Below, piece by piece: positions 27,701 through 40,225 of a DNA stretch of 64,000 bases; the first letter of the stretch is position 1, and every line of letters begins with the position of its first letter. The notes under the pieces were generated by a model that saw only the letters and a program-made list of their open reading frames with translations, was not told where the DNA came from and did not search any database. The DNA comes from Selaginella moellendorffii (Eukaryota > Plantae > Lycopodiophyta): NCBI RefSeq assembly GCF_000143415.4, contig NW_003314286.1, forward strand, positions 79,826 through 143,825, read 5' to 3'. The position numbers were made by a program, and so were the translations under genes.

Positions 27701-27880
27701 TCGTCAGTACACCAAATCCACAAGGAAGTACACACACAACATAAGTAAATCAGTGACAGGAGCAGGAGGTGTTGCAAAAACAGAATTTGTCAGCGATGGA
27801 AGAAAGTTGCTCTTTCTTTTTCCTCCAAAACCATTTCTCCTCATCCTCACATATTTTTGCTTCTTAAAAATCACTGGCAC
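24745..27880 (-). pseudogene. Decayed Crinkler-type P-loop NTPase + restriction-endonuclease-fold gene, copy 2
   Basis: Colinear similarity to 9770-12565. Intact Walker A LFGVSGSGKTRTLYE (GVSGSGKT at 27388-27365), Walker B IILDECQ (26986-26966), KYWLFKQV, FGSDA, QVK; frameshifts and AT-rich insertions. Confidence 0.7.
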
Positions 27881-28568
27881 AGCCATAAATCAATAGTTCA
27901 AAACTCTACTAGAATCAGACAGTTTTAATATTTAGAGTTGAAGAAAAACACTGGATTACATAATAAAAGAACAAAGTTTGCATAACGTGAAAAGGTTGTT
28001 CTGAGAAACTTTAGAATCTCTAGGATACTGAAAAAGGAAAATGAAAGACGTTTATTGAAAAAAAAAAAAAATTATCTTAAAGAAATAAAATACATTCTCT
28101 ACTACCATTACTATTTAGAATAAAACAAAAAACAAAAATAGTTTACAAGGAGTATCATCATATCCCATTGCCAGACAGTGGCACTGCTGCTCACCATAAC
28201 CTCTTTTGAGTTGCTTCACAGGTTCGATGGGAAGAAACAAGAAAAACAGATTGCCCTGGTCTATATAGCAAGTAAATCTAAATACAGATTAGAGGTAAGA
28301 GAGCTAGGAGGAACGAAAATATGGGAACTCTTACCATGGTCTAACTCCTGTAGAGCTCCAAATGATGAATGCATGAACTGAACCAGAGTTTAAGCTCACT
28401 CTTTCTTGCAGGTGAACATTACTCATAGCAATGCACTACTGCCTGGATGATTTCTTTTGTACTCTCAAAGGGACAAGGGATCATCCCAACTAGAAAACTT
28501 TCACGAAAACAAATGCATTATTGTCATTGATCCCATGAATCCTAAGCCGTTGATTTCTGCCCCTATGA

Positions 28569-30728
28569 ATGCCAGCCGTTGATCATTTGGCGCGTTTGCT
28601 AAGATCTTACAACTCCGCGAGGGATCTGTGGAAGGGGAGGCAAATCCACGCATCCATTCTCGAGTCCGCCGATCTCTGTTCCAATACTTTTCTCGCCAAT
28701 CTCATTGTCCAGATGTATGGGAAGTGCGGGAGCACAGAGGACGCGAGGAGGGCTTTCGATCGAATCCACGCGCCCAATGCCTTCTCATGGAGTATACTCC
28801 TCTCGGGCTACATCCACTGCGGCGAGATCAACGAGGCAAAGAAAATCTTCGATAGAATGCCCGATCCCGATGTGGTGTCGTGGAATTCGATGCTCGGCGT
28901 CTATGCCAAGCAGGGCCCTGTCGAATGCGTTAAAGGTTTCTTCGATCGAATGCCTTTGAGGAGCTTGATCTCGTGGAATACGGTGCTCTCTGCGATCGCC
29001 GATTCTGGGCATTTTGATAAGTGCCGAGAGTGCTTTGATCGAATGCCGCAATGGAGTGTTCTATCGTTTACTGTAGTTTTAGAAGCGCTTTATCAAACAG
29101 GAAACATAGATGAGGCTAAACGTAATTTTGATTTGATGCCAGAAAGAAACATAGTTTCCTGGAATATGCTGATTGTTAGAAATGCCGAGACAGGGCACTT
29201 TGAAACAGTTGAAAGCATTTATGCGAAAATTCCAGCCACGAACATTGTGACTTGGAACTCAGTCTTGGATGCATACAAAAAGCAAGGTGATGTTTTCAAA
29301 GTGCATAAGTATTTTGAGGCAATCCCAGAAAAAGACGTCGTCAGCTGGAACACTCTTCTGTCTGCATTTGCCATGCATGGAAATTATGAAAGTGGAAAAG
29401 CGTTGTTCCTTGAAATGCCAATAAGGAGCCTTGTATCTTGGAATATTGCACTTCAGATGTTTTCAAAAGAAAACTTAAGTACCACCCATGAAGTTTTCAT
29501 GTCTATGCCGAAATGGGATCCAGTCGCGTGGACGCTTATGATTCAAGCACATACCACGAACGGGGATTTGGACATGGCACGGGAATTGTTTGATGAAATG
29601 CCCGCAAAGACGATGGCGGCGTGGACGACCATGATCACAGCGCACTCGCAGAGAGGACGTGTGGCAGATGCAAGAGCCCTCTTTGATGCCATGGACGAGC
29701 GCGATAGTGTTGCATGGACAGCCATGATTGCCGGCTATGCGCTTCATGGGGACAATGGAAGAGCCAAAGAGCTCTTCGATGCCATGGGTGACGGGAAGAC
29801 CATCGTCTCCTGGAACGCAATGCTGGGATCCTTATCCGGCGATATTGCTAAGATGGAGCGATTCATGCACAAAATGCCCAGCTGGGACGTGATCTCATGC
29901 AACTCAGTCGCGGCCATCCACGCGCAGAGCAAAGGTTCTTGCGATGCTGCCAAGTTTCTATTCGATTCCATGCTCGAGCGCAATGTCTTCTCGTGGAACA
30001 CACTGATCCTCGCGTTTGGATCGAGCGAGCGAGCAGTGGAAGCCAACCGAGCGTTCGAAAGAATCCCCCACCGGGATTTGATTACCTGGAGCTCCATCGT
30101 CGCCGCCAACGCAGAGAACAGCCAAATGGATCGCGCGGAGGAGCTCTTCGCAAGCATGCCCGAATGGGACGTATACTCTTATAACGCAATGCTAAGTCTC
30201 TATGCCCAGACCGGGCATATCGATCAAGCAAAGGCATTGTTTGATGGGCTCTGGATCAAAGACTCGATAACTTGGAGCACGATGGTGGCAGCGTATGCCC
30301 AAGACGGAGGATCACACACTAACTTAGCGATGGAGCTCTTTCGTCTCATGGTTTTGGATGGCGTCTCCCCTCACGGGCTGTGTTTCGTGAGCTTGCTCGC
30401 AGCGTCCAGCCACCTCGGGCTCAAACAAGAGACGCGAGAGAGCTTCGCGTCGATGGTCTCGGACTTTGGCGTGGATCCAAGCCCGGAGCATTTTCTGTGC
30501 GTGATCGACGCCTTGGGACGGTCTGGCGAGCTGGGAAGAAGCCGAGAGCTGATTGAAAGCATGCCGTTTGTGCCGGATGAAGGTGCGTGGAGCACATTGC
30601 TTGGCGCTTGCTCTAGAGGCCATGGATCGAGCGTGGAGGAGCTGGCAGCACACAAAACTCTCGAGCTGGATCCGCGGAGTAGCCCGACTTATGTTCTTCT
30701 CTCCAGCGCTCTATGCTGCCAAGTTTGA
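28569..30728 (+). CDS. Intronless PLS-class pentatricopeptide repeat protein with partial E domain (no DYW)
   Basis: 719-aa ORF with many ~31-aa repeats (FDRMPERNVVSWN type), LIVQMYGKCG, HFLCVIDALGRSG, MPFVPD, WSTLLGAC, YVLLS. Confidence 0.95.
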   Translation: MPAVDHLARLLRSYNSARDLWKGRQIHASILESADLCSNTFLANLIVQMYGKCGSTEDARRAFDRIHAPNAFSWSILLSGYIHCGEINEAKKIFDRMPDPDVVSWNSMLGVYAKQGPVECVKGFFDRMPLRSLISWNTVLSAIADSGHFDKCRECFDRMPQWSVLSFTVVLEALYQTGNIDEAKRNFDLMPERNIVSWNMLIVRNAETGHFETVESIYAKIPATNIVTWNSVLDAYKKQGDVFKVHKYFEAIPEKDVVSWNTLLSAFAMHGNYESGKALFLEMPIRSLVSWNIALQMFSKENLSTTHEVFMSMPKWDPVAWTLMIQAHTTNGDLDMARELFDEMPAKTMAAWTTMITAHSQRGRVADARALFDAMDERDSVAWTAMIAGYALHGDNGRAKELFDAMGDGKTIVSWNAMLGSLSGDIAKMERFMHKMPSWDVISCNSVAAIHAQSKGSCDAAKFLFDSMLERNVFSWNTLILAFGSSERAVEANRAFERIPHRDLITWSSIVAANAENSQMDRAEELFASMPEWDVYSYNAMLSLYAQTGHIDQAKALFDGLWIKDSITWSTMVAAYAQDGGSHTNLAMELFRLMVLDGVSPHGLCFVSLLAASSHLGLKQETRESFASMVSDFGVDPSPEHFLCVIDALGRSGELGRSRELIESMPFVPDEGAWSTLLGACSRGHGSSVEELAAHKTLELDPRSSPTYVLLSSALCCQV

Positions 30729-30762
30729 GCGAACGATTCGACTGAAAAGTATGGAGTCATCG

Positions 30763-32024
30763 TCACGGTGACATGGATAAAACTCTCGTCAGGGACTTCA
30801 AGGCTGCGAGGTAGTTCTCGTCGATGGTATCGTGATCGTATGTAACGTGGGCGAAGTCTACAAGCTTGACACTGACTTTCGATGCTGCTCCATGGTCCTC
30901 GTAGATTATCAGCACGGAGCTCGAAAAGAAGTGATAGAACGTCTGCTTCTCAAACCTGTGATGATTCTCAGCTTCTGAGAGACGTAAAGAAAAAAAGAGA
31001 TTTTTACCAGCTTGTGAGCTTCTCGAGCTCCATCTTGGCGGCTTCATAAACTTTGGAAGCCAAGAGTGCGTTTGGATTCTCGTCATCGAATGGATTTGTC
31101 GAAACAAAGCGACGGATGGCGTACTCTACGCCGTGGTTGTCGAGCTTCCGGCACCAGTTGCGATCGGCCTTCCATTTGGAGCGAGTTGATGGATCATAGA
31201 CCTGGCAAAAATGGAGAAATTAAAAGAGAAAAAGGAAGCTTCAACACGATCAACAAAGAAACGATTGAAAACCTGCATCCCACTGACGCGAATTCCCAAA
31301 GTTCCTGTTGTGGACTCGCGGTCTTTTATCCTGCGCACGAATGCTTCCAGCCATCAAAATCGAAATTTTCAGAAAAGTCGAAGCTCCAATCCTAAAACTC
31401 ACTCGCATTTCTTTCTATAGGCTTCACCAGCCTCCGGGTACCACGTCTGGAATCCCATCTACAATCACAAATCCAAAGTCTATCACCAAAAAACTAAAAA
31501 GGAAGATAAACACGCACCTTGATATCGATAATGCAAGGCTGGTCGAAGCTCTTGGTCACGTCCTCTAGCACGGCATACCGTACAAGCCCTGGTCAAGGAG
31601 AAAGAAAGAAAGAAAAGCTACAAAACTAGCAAAGGATATTTGTTGGCGTGGGCGAGTTTGCAGTGTCAACGAGGACGGAGCCGCGGAACTTTGGGAAGAA
31701 CTCCTTGATCTCGTCTGGAACTCGCTCGTCCGACCAAAACTTTTGGTAGAACTCAATCTCGTACTCCCCTCTGGCACCGTCTTGCAGCGGCTTGTAGAAC
31801 CAGCCCGAATCATCGACGAGCGAGCCGACATGCCCCTCTGCGAAAGAAAACCAAAATCAGCAAATCCACAAACAAGGGAAAGCTCCTCTCAAAGAAGAAA
31901 CCTTCAAAAGAATGGCCAGCAACTTGGTTGCTCGAAGGCTTCAATCCCTGTTGCACAAGAGGGCGATCACATCAATCGCATTGCACTACCGAGAGCTCAC
32001 CGATGCGATCAATCCAGCAGCCAT
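30763..32024 (-). CDS. IPK2: Inositol polyphosphate multikinase, multi-exon
   Basis: NQVAGH, GSLVDDSGWFYKPLQ, PCIIDIK/MGFQTWYP (PxxxDxKxG), TTGTLGIRVSG, SSSVLIIY, VKLVDFAH, IDENY. Confidence 0.92.
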
Positions 32025-32436
32025 GGTCGCGAAGAAACCTAGTGAAGCAAAGCCAACGAAAAGGGTTTAAAGACAAATATAGTCAACAATGTCAACTATA
32101 GTCAATAACGTCAACTCCATACATTAATGCCACACGATGTCGAGGCCGAGAGGTGAGAGATACTGGATGGGACTTAATCCCCGCGGCGCTGGCCAAGAGC
32201 GGATTGTGGTGCCTGATCGATGTTACCATGGTCCATCTTGGTGGAAGTTTCCAGTGGAAGAGGATCTTCCTCCCGTGCCTCGTTTTCCCGGTTGCAAAGA
32301 GCCTGGAAGTCTTTGGAGCTCGGGTATCTGACTGGTAACGCAGTGATACCACCACCTCTTCCTGGGAGTAGCCAACGACGAAAAGATCCGGAAGCTGTGG
32401 TGAGGCGGATGTTGTGATGACGGATCAAACTCCATT

Positions 32437-35400
32437 TCATGGATGATGGTGGCTGCTGCTGCTGCTGCTTCCTTTCCCCCGGAAGAACCGGCTGAATGCC
32501 GACGAGGGGGGCTTCTCCGAGGGCGATCCCATGTCCAGGGACTTGGTGAGATCCAGCTCTTTGCTTGCCGACGCCGCTGCCGCTGCTGCTTTCAGTATCT
32601 TGGACTTGGCTGGGGATGTCGACTTGGAGCGTGGCCTTCCTTCCAGGGGGATGCTAGGCACGAACACCTTGCTTTCACCGTTTTGTTCGCTACCTTCGGT
32701 TGCGAGCTCTGGCGTCGGTTCCGCCGGTTTGGCAGCCAAAGTTTCCGCTTCGTCTGGTTTGAGTTTGGTGTTGCTGGTGCTTTCTTCCGATGTTGAAGGT
32801 TCTTCTGCTGCTGCTGCTGCTGGAGATTGAGAGCTCCTCGACATGCTGAGAGACTGTAGTTGCTCCCCAAGATTGAGGATAGCACGGTGGCACTCGTCCA
32901 GTTTCGCCGCGAAATCCACACTCTGCAAAAAGATCGTAATAAGATTTAAAGAGGGAGGGATCACAGTTTTACCTTTTCGGTGCTCGAGTCTGGAGTAGGC
33001 ACGACAGGGCTCGAGTTCTTCGTCCTGGAAGAGAAGATTGCGCGTCAGAAAAACAAGGTTTTAATCTGATTTTCTTACCGGGAGAGTTGCTGCTGAAGAA
33101 GATCATCAAGTTCGGCAGCAGCGGCTCGGCTCTTCGACCGTTCCTTCCCAAGCTCCTCCTCTAAAGCTTTTGATCTCTCCTCGAGTTGAGTTGCTGCATG
33201 CAATGCTGCTTTCACTTCGTACTGAAGCTCCGCTTTTGCTGAAAAGCTTTCGGCAAGCTGGTCTTCTGCGAGCTGCCTCGATTTTGCTGACAGAGCTAGC
33301 TCCGCCCTGAGCGATGCCACCAATTCTTCAGCTTCAAACACCTGACTCTTCCACGTTACTTGCGACAATGCCAAGTCGTGTTCCAGTTCCGCCTTGTCAG
33401 CCTCCAGGGTCTGGAAGTCCTGAGTGACCTGCTTCAAGCTTTCATTAGCACGTCGCTGGATTTCTTCTTTCTCTGCTTTCAGTTCTTTCAGTTCTTGCTC
33501 CGCTATGGAAAGTCTGCTGCATTCTTCCTTGACACCGTGAACGATCTCGTTTGTTGTGGCCAGAACGTGTTCAAGGTCCATTTTCTCGTTTTCCAGTCTG
33601 CTACATTCTGCTTCCAAACGTTTGAGGTTGTCGGTGGCGGTTTGCAGTTTCTGCTCAACATCCTCGTTTGTTCTTCGCAACGCAAGCACTTCCGTTTCCA
33701 GCTTCGAGCAGCTCTCCTTGAACTCCACTACAATCTTTGTCAAGCCTTCCACCTCAACGCAAAGTCGTTCTTTCTCGGTACTAACTTCTTTAAGCTCCTT
33801 GTCAGACCGATTGAAGTCACCTTTAACACGCTCAACGTCGTGCATAAAACCATCTTGAATATCTGCGTGCTCGGCTTTCAATCTCTTGCCCTCCTCCTCT
33901 AACGTAGCTATTCTCGTTCTCAGTTGCTGTACGTTCTGTGAAAAGCTCTGCTCCATTTCTTCTTTCTCGATCTTCAGCTGGTAAAACTCGCTCTGTAAGC
34001 TGATAAAACTCGCTTCCTGTGCCTTGAGCTCCTCGTTACTTTGGCAGAGCCTACCTTCCAGCCTAACATTCTGAAGCTCTAATCGACCAATATCTTCCTG
34101 TAATGTGCTCACTCGGCCCCGCTCCATCTTAAGCTGCTCACTGGCCTTCTGCTCCAATAAAGTCCTCTCATCCTTGTGCTTCTCGAGGCAAAGGTCCATT
34201 TCGATACACCGTGCTTCCTTCTCACTGAGAGACCTGTGAAGAGCTTCCTCCCGTAAAAGATACTTGTTGAGAGCTAGCTTGGTCTCCTCGAGCGACTTTC
34301 TACTTTCTTGTTCTTGCTCCATCAAGCGCCTGAGATCTTCCTCCAGTCCGTCAATGGTCTGAAGATGGACGTTCGTTCTGTTTGAATCCTCATGCCTCTG
34401 CTGTGAAGCCTCAGCCAAAGCTTCCTCTAGGTCCTGTTTCTCGTGTTGAAGCTGAACGAAGTCCGCCATCAACTTCTGGATATCCTGGTTCACTGCGTCG
34501 ATGTCTTTTTGAGTTGCTAGCTTGTCCTGTCTGCCGCGTTTCAAATCAGTCTCCAACACTTCAATTCTCATAAGCTGAGACTTCGCCTGCTCGTCGAGCT
34601 TTTCCCTCTGAGCTTCCAGTTCTGCCATGACCCCGTTCATCGTCTGGAGGCTCCTCTCAGCTGTCTCCTTTGCACAAATCTCTCTGCCAAGGCTCTCTTC
34701 GAACTTCTTGCTTAGTTCTTGTACTTGATCACGAGCTTTCGCGTCTGCAGCCTTCAGATCATTTTCCAGAGCAGATATCCTCGACTTAAGCTGTTCGACC
34801 AAGACCGTTGATGCCGCCAGCTTTTCTTCCATCTCGCGATTTTGCAAGGTAAGATCGTCCAAAACACTAGCATTCTTGCCAGCACTGTCGTGTAGCGAAT
34901 CCATTAGCACCACCTTCTCAATTTTCAGGGCAGCAAGGTTCTCTTGATGACGAGCCAATTCCTCTCGCAGCAATACTATCTGGCTGTTTGCCGCTGCTAA
35001 CGCAGCCTCCATATGCAATTCCGGGCTTCGGCCCCGTTCCAGGCCAGCGAGGACGTCCAAAGTGTTGCAAACTTCGGCGATGAAACTGAAGAAGTCGGCA
35101 TTTCCTTGCAATAGAGCGTTGCCAGAAGCAGCCAGCCTTTCAAAACTACCATCGACGTCGGCATTTGTCCACTGCACCTCGAGTGTTATCTCATCTGTTT
35201 TGATCTCGGAGTCAGAAGGTGGCTTCTGCCCGTGTTCAAGCCCACCATCCTGTCCTAAACGCTCTAAACTCCGGAAAATCTTCCGAGCTAATGGAACCAG
35301 TTCCTTCTTTTGCTCGTTTGCTAGCTGATCAACATCTCCATCCCTGGATGGTACCCCATCCACCTGTCCCTGTGCATGGCCATTTGCTGCGGTGTTGTTG

Positions 35401-36950
35401 TGAACCTGACTTTCCAGAGCGGACACTTTCTTTCTTAAAGCGATAATAACTTCGTTGGCGGCATCAAGGTCCTTTTGACTCGGGCTCCCGCTTTCCTTCC
35501 TCTCCAGTGCCTGACCATTTTCGTGTGGCACATTTGACGTGAGCTTCTCCATCTCCAGAAAGTCATCCATGAGTTCGAAGCTTGTGGTGTCGAGCAGCTT
35601 GTCAGGTTTCTTATCTTCTTTCTTAAACTGCGCCAGCTCGGTGATCAGTGCTGAGGCCCAGGCGTCCGCTTCGTCTCCATTGCAACTTCCATGGGATGCC
35701 TGCTGGTTGTCTCCAAAACTTCTCAAAGCCTCTATGTGCCCGTTCAGACCCATCTTGGAGACGTCTTGTTCCCCATAGATACTTGCGAGTTGCTCTTCCA
35801 CGTTGAGCAGCTTGCCTGCAGTCCGCGCACACATTATTCTTGCCGCCTGGAGCTCTTTGTTCCGCTTGGCAAGTTCATCCTTCAGTGATTTGGTTTCTTC
35901 TTCCAACGCAAACCTGTCGTCCATATCCTTGTTGCTCATTTCAGAGCAGTCGTCCACCGTTTCAGAGAAAGCTCGTGGTGAGCTCACCAGCCTTCCAAGT
36001 GACTTTCTCCGATCCAGCACGTCCACCTCACGTAGGTGCGGGGACGAACCAGCAGTCTTCTTGCGTAGCTGAATCTTTAGTCTCTGGCAGTCAGCTTCAA
36101 GCTTTGAAACCTTTCGCGACGAATCCAAGAGTTGCTGTTTCGCCGCCTCAGACGCCTTCTTGGATTCATTGTTGAGGCCAACGAGGTCCTTCTTCAGCGC
36201 ACGTACGTCATGTTTGAGCGCGGCATTTTCCTTCTCGAGACTCTCCACCTTAGTTGACACCTTCTTCACGTCCAAATCCGCCTGAACCTTCGCATCTGCT
36301 ATACGCTGCTCCAGGGATGCATTCTCGGCTGTTGCTTGGAGCACCTGCTCTTCCGCTTCCGTCAGCCTCGCGTCAAGATCCGTGCGAACCCGATCCCACT
36401 CTTTAGTCTTCTCCTCCAGCTCTTCTTGCTTCTGCTCCTGCTCTTCTCGTCCAGTTCGCAGCTGCTTTACACACTCCTTGAGAGCACCATCCAAGTGAGC
36501 AACGCGCTCATCTAGAGCTAGCCTTTGTTGCTGTGCGTTTTCTAGCTGCTGCTTCAACATGGCGGCCTCGGCTTCTGCCTTCTCCCATCCTGAAGAACAA
36601 AATAGTATCGCAAACTTTCATATCAGCTTCAATGAAGGATTGGAGCACATACCTGATATCGCATCCTCGGCAACTTTGGCATGCTGCTTCACTAAGTTGT
36701 CCTTGTTTATAATCTCTTTGAGCGCAACTGTGAGCTTGCTGGTTAGGAGCTGGACGCTTTCATCGCCTTGGTCCTTCTCCATAGCCGGTGTGTTCTTTCC
36801 TAGATCTCCAGAAGCATCACCATTTGGCTCTTTGGCAATGTGGTCGCCATTTTGCGACATGATCAGCTCCTAGAAGAGAAGATCCCTCAGCCTGTGACAA
36901 AGACCAAATATCCCGGAACTACTTACTGGGATATCTACTGCCTCGCTCAT
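32437..36950 (-). CDS. Filament-like plant protein (FPP/DUF869), long coiled coil
   Basis: KDNLVKQHAKVAEDAISGWEKAEAE, HLDGALKECVKQLR, KVSKLEADCQRL, WASALITELAQFK, ELMDDFLEMEKL, KLDECHRAILNLGEQL; 1161-aa central exon ORF. Confidence 0.92.
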
Positions 36951-38753
36951 GGTGTGATCCAGACCTAGCTCTCGATCTGCAAGGAAGTGTGCGTGATCAG
37001 GTGATAGAAAACGGAATCCTCGCAGCTCTCAAGAAATTCTTGGCAGGCGCTTTCGCATGGAACGAGCATTAAACCCGCATTGCCAGGCTACGCACATTGT
37101 CCTCTTGCGATGAGGAACAAGGGAAAGGAGAAGAAATCCAGCATTTACCTTTCCTCGCTCTGCCTTACTGCGTCGAGCCGCCGCCCTGGGCCGCCACAGA
37201 CTCCTCCCAGCAGCACAAATCTTCGCTAGGCATCAGAAATTCGCTGAAAGCTTCGGCGCACGCTCGGACATCGACCGATCCGGCCGCGGCGGCGCATTGA
37301 TCCGCGCTGGAGACCAGTGACGCCGCGCTAGGGAGGGATGCGAGAAACCCTGATTCTTTCCTCCCTTTCGCACAGAAAGCCAAGAGCACAGGAGAAATGA
37401 TGAACGAAATACTTAGAGAGTGGGAAAGTAGAAATTTCACCTTAATTCCCCCCCATTTTTTCACTCGCTTTTACTTTCGGCGCCCATGCGAATCGAACTT
37501 TCATGCGCTCTGCCAGTCCGCCGGATCGCGACACGTGGTGGATCGTAGCGCCGGCATCTATCAACGTGGAGGTCGTTCTCACGCTGTCAAAGGTAGGTCA
37601 AAATGGTATAAAATAATTTATCTTGCCTAGTGATCCTTTTCAGGAGGCTATAGAATTAATTAGTCGAGACCGCTAATTAATTTGCATAGCCAGTGGAATA
37701 TGAACATCGTTGCTTTTTATGTTTGTTCCAACATCAAAATCACATCGCAAATTTTTTTCGCAGCGTTGCTTTCTCAACAACTGGCACCTAAATCGCAAAA
37801 AGAGAGCGAGAAAAATAAAATAAAATTCATGAGACAATCATAATGTATAAAAACTTGAGAGAGACAACTTACTTGCCCATCGTACCGTGAATCCGTTGTT
37901 GTGTAAGAGCTAAGGAAAAACCATTGAAAACTTCGCGCTCTGTGGATGAAATCAATAGAGTAGCAGCACTTTCTTGCTGGCAATCAATTGCCGCTGCCTT
38001 CCAAGCTAAGAATCCCTGCATCCCAAAAATCATTTGAAAGCAGCAAACGGGAAGCCACTTAACTTCGATGGGAATGGAAGGGTCTCCTAGATTCCGGCAT
38101 TTCTCGCAAAGCCATTATCTATCCCCCTGTTCTTGCGATGCACGGAAGCCAGCCAGCCTCTTCCCTGGGGCCTGAGGATGGTGCTCGCTGCCAAGCCCCT
38201 GCAAAAAAGGAAAAAGAGGAAGCTGTCCTGTGAGAAAGAGTTTGGTGGTACTGTCTATGAAAAATGCAAAAAAGAAATATGTACTAGTGCTCCTACCCAC
38301 AATGCAAGTGGCAAGGAACCAGAAAAGAGAGGAGGATGAATAAACATAATCCTTGGACTGAGTTTTACGACTGTCATCAATGTGGGAGCCAACAAACTCA
38401 TGCACATGGCAATATGGCTAACGTTTGATGATTCCATTCCACTCTCAGTGAATGCAAGCACAGCAGCAGCGACTCACATGCACTAGCTAGACGAAAAGAG
38501 AAAGAAAAACAGAAAAGAAAAACGAGAAAAAGTGCGGAAAGAGATTTTCTTACCTGAAAAATCACTGGGACGAACGGAAGATCCATGACCAGTTGTTACT
38601 TGAAAACAGGAAGGCAAACGGATGCCTGCAAAACAAAAAAGAAAAATAAACATACACACTCAAGGATCAGTTTCAACTTTGCAGAGTGGCATACCTTCTT
38701 TTCCGATTCTTCTTCTCCTTCGTCACATGTAGGTGGCCGGCTAATGTCTGCTT

Positions 38754-40225
38754 TTAGCCTCTGTCAAAGCAGAAGGTTACCTCCGCATCGCAAGCCTGAC
38801 AGTGACGCCAAATGTTTAGATGAGTGCAGTGCAGCACTAAAGGTTGCAGTCATACGAGTGACGTGTGCTTTAGAAGTGTAACAGTGCAGGAATTGTTGTC
38901 GTGATCCTTGGCGAGCATCAGACGTACGTGAGGGACCGACTTCCAGCTCTCGCCGAGCGCTGGCTTCAGCTCCTCGTCCTCCGCGGCAACAGTGTTGTTT
39001 GTGATCTTGCAATAAAAAAGCACGTAAGAGATAGAGTCGACTTGGGAGCAAAGCTGCTCACCAGGACACAGATGTTGCGGTTGATTGCAATGCTTTTCAG
39101 GATCTGAGCAACGGACATCATTAAAGTGTGTCCTGCATTGCAACAGAAGAAAACAAAAGGAAAGATAAGATTTTGTTTCGCATCGTCAAGCTTAAAGCAG
39201 TTGTTCACGCCTTGAGCGTTGTTGCCACCAAGAATTGGAGAAAGAACAGATGCCAGACAGTCAACAATAACTAGCCGTAAATGCACCGGACCCGGGAATG
39301 AACTGTAAAATGATATGCAATCGGAGAACGCAAATGAGAAACATAGGCACAAACCTTGCGGGATCGTATAGACTATGAAGCACTTCCAATAGGCCGTGGA
39401 CATCGTAAACTTTAAAGCAGAAGATCCTTCGCATCGCCTCTTTCACATCGTCCTGCAAAAAGTCGCTGACATGAATAACTATGTTCGGACCTTACCTCGA
39501 TAGCTATCGAGCTACATCTTCTGCCACACATCATTTGCAAAACACGCTCGGCTGAGAAAGAACTCGAGGCATCGACATACGCCACAGAAAACTTGTGGTG
39601 GTAAGCCACGCATGCGGCAGAGTGCATACACAGCTGAGAACAAAGAAGTGAAACACTCGGTTAGATCAAAGCTAGTAGAAGACTCTTCCCGTTACTTGAG
39701 TTTTTCCGGAAGAGGAAGGCCCCACAAGTTCCGTGATTGTTCCATCCTTCAAACCTCCTTTCAGCAGAGAATCCAAGCTACACAGCAACAAGTGAATTGT
39801 CAAAAACCACACCCTGGACTTCGAGAGCTTTGAGAGACAAACCTTTCAAACCCTGTGGAAAGGGAGCCGGCTTGCAGATTTTTCTGGAGCATTTCATCTC
39901 CATTTTCCCATTTTCCATGACATTCTTCCAGAAACGTGGCCAATTCGGACTTAAACTGCTGACATAAACAGCACATCTTAGCCAAAATCAGGCAAATCAA
40001 CAAACAAAAACCTTCTGAATTTCTGGATCTTCCACGCCAGAATCTAGTTCCTGTGAAACAAAATCCCCCACTACGAGAAAGAAAACTTCACAAATTCACG
40101 AAGGAAAAGAGAGGAAAAAATGTACCTAGCGCAAAGATCATACCTGTGACGATCTTGTTGCGCTCCAGAAACTCCAAAACACGAGGCGTGAGAGACGCAA
40201 AGCCGAGCGTCCGCAACGGCGCCAT
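38754..40225 (-). CDS. RAD51D: RAD51 paralog D, multi-exon
   Basis: [13 protein letters not shown] (Walker A), [58 protein letters not shown]. Confidence 0.88.
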
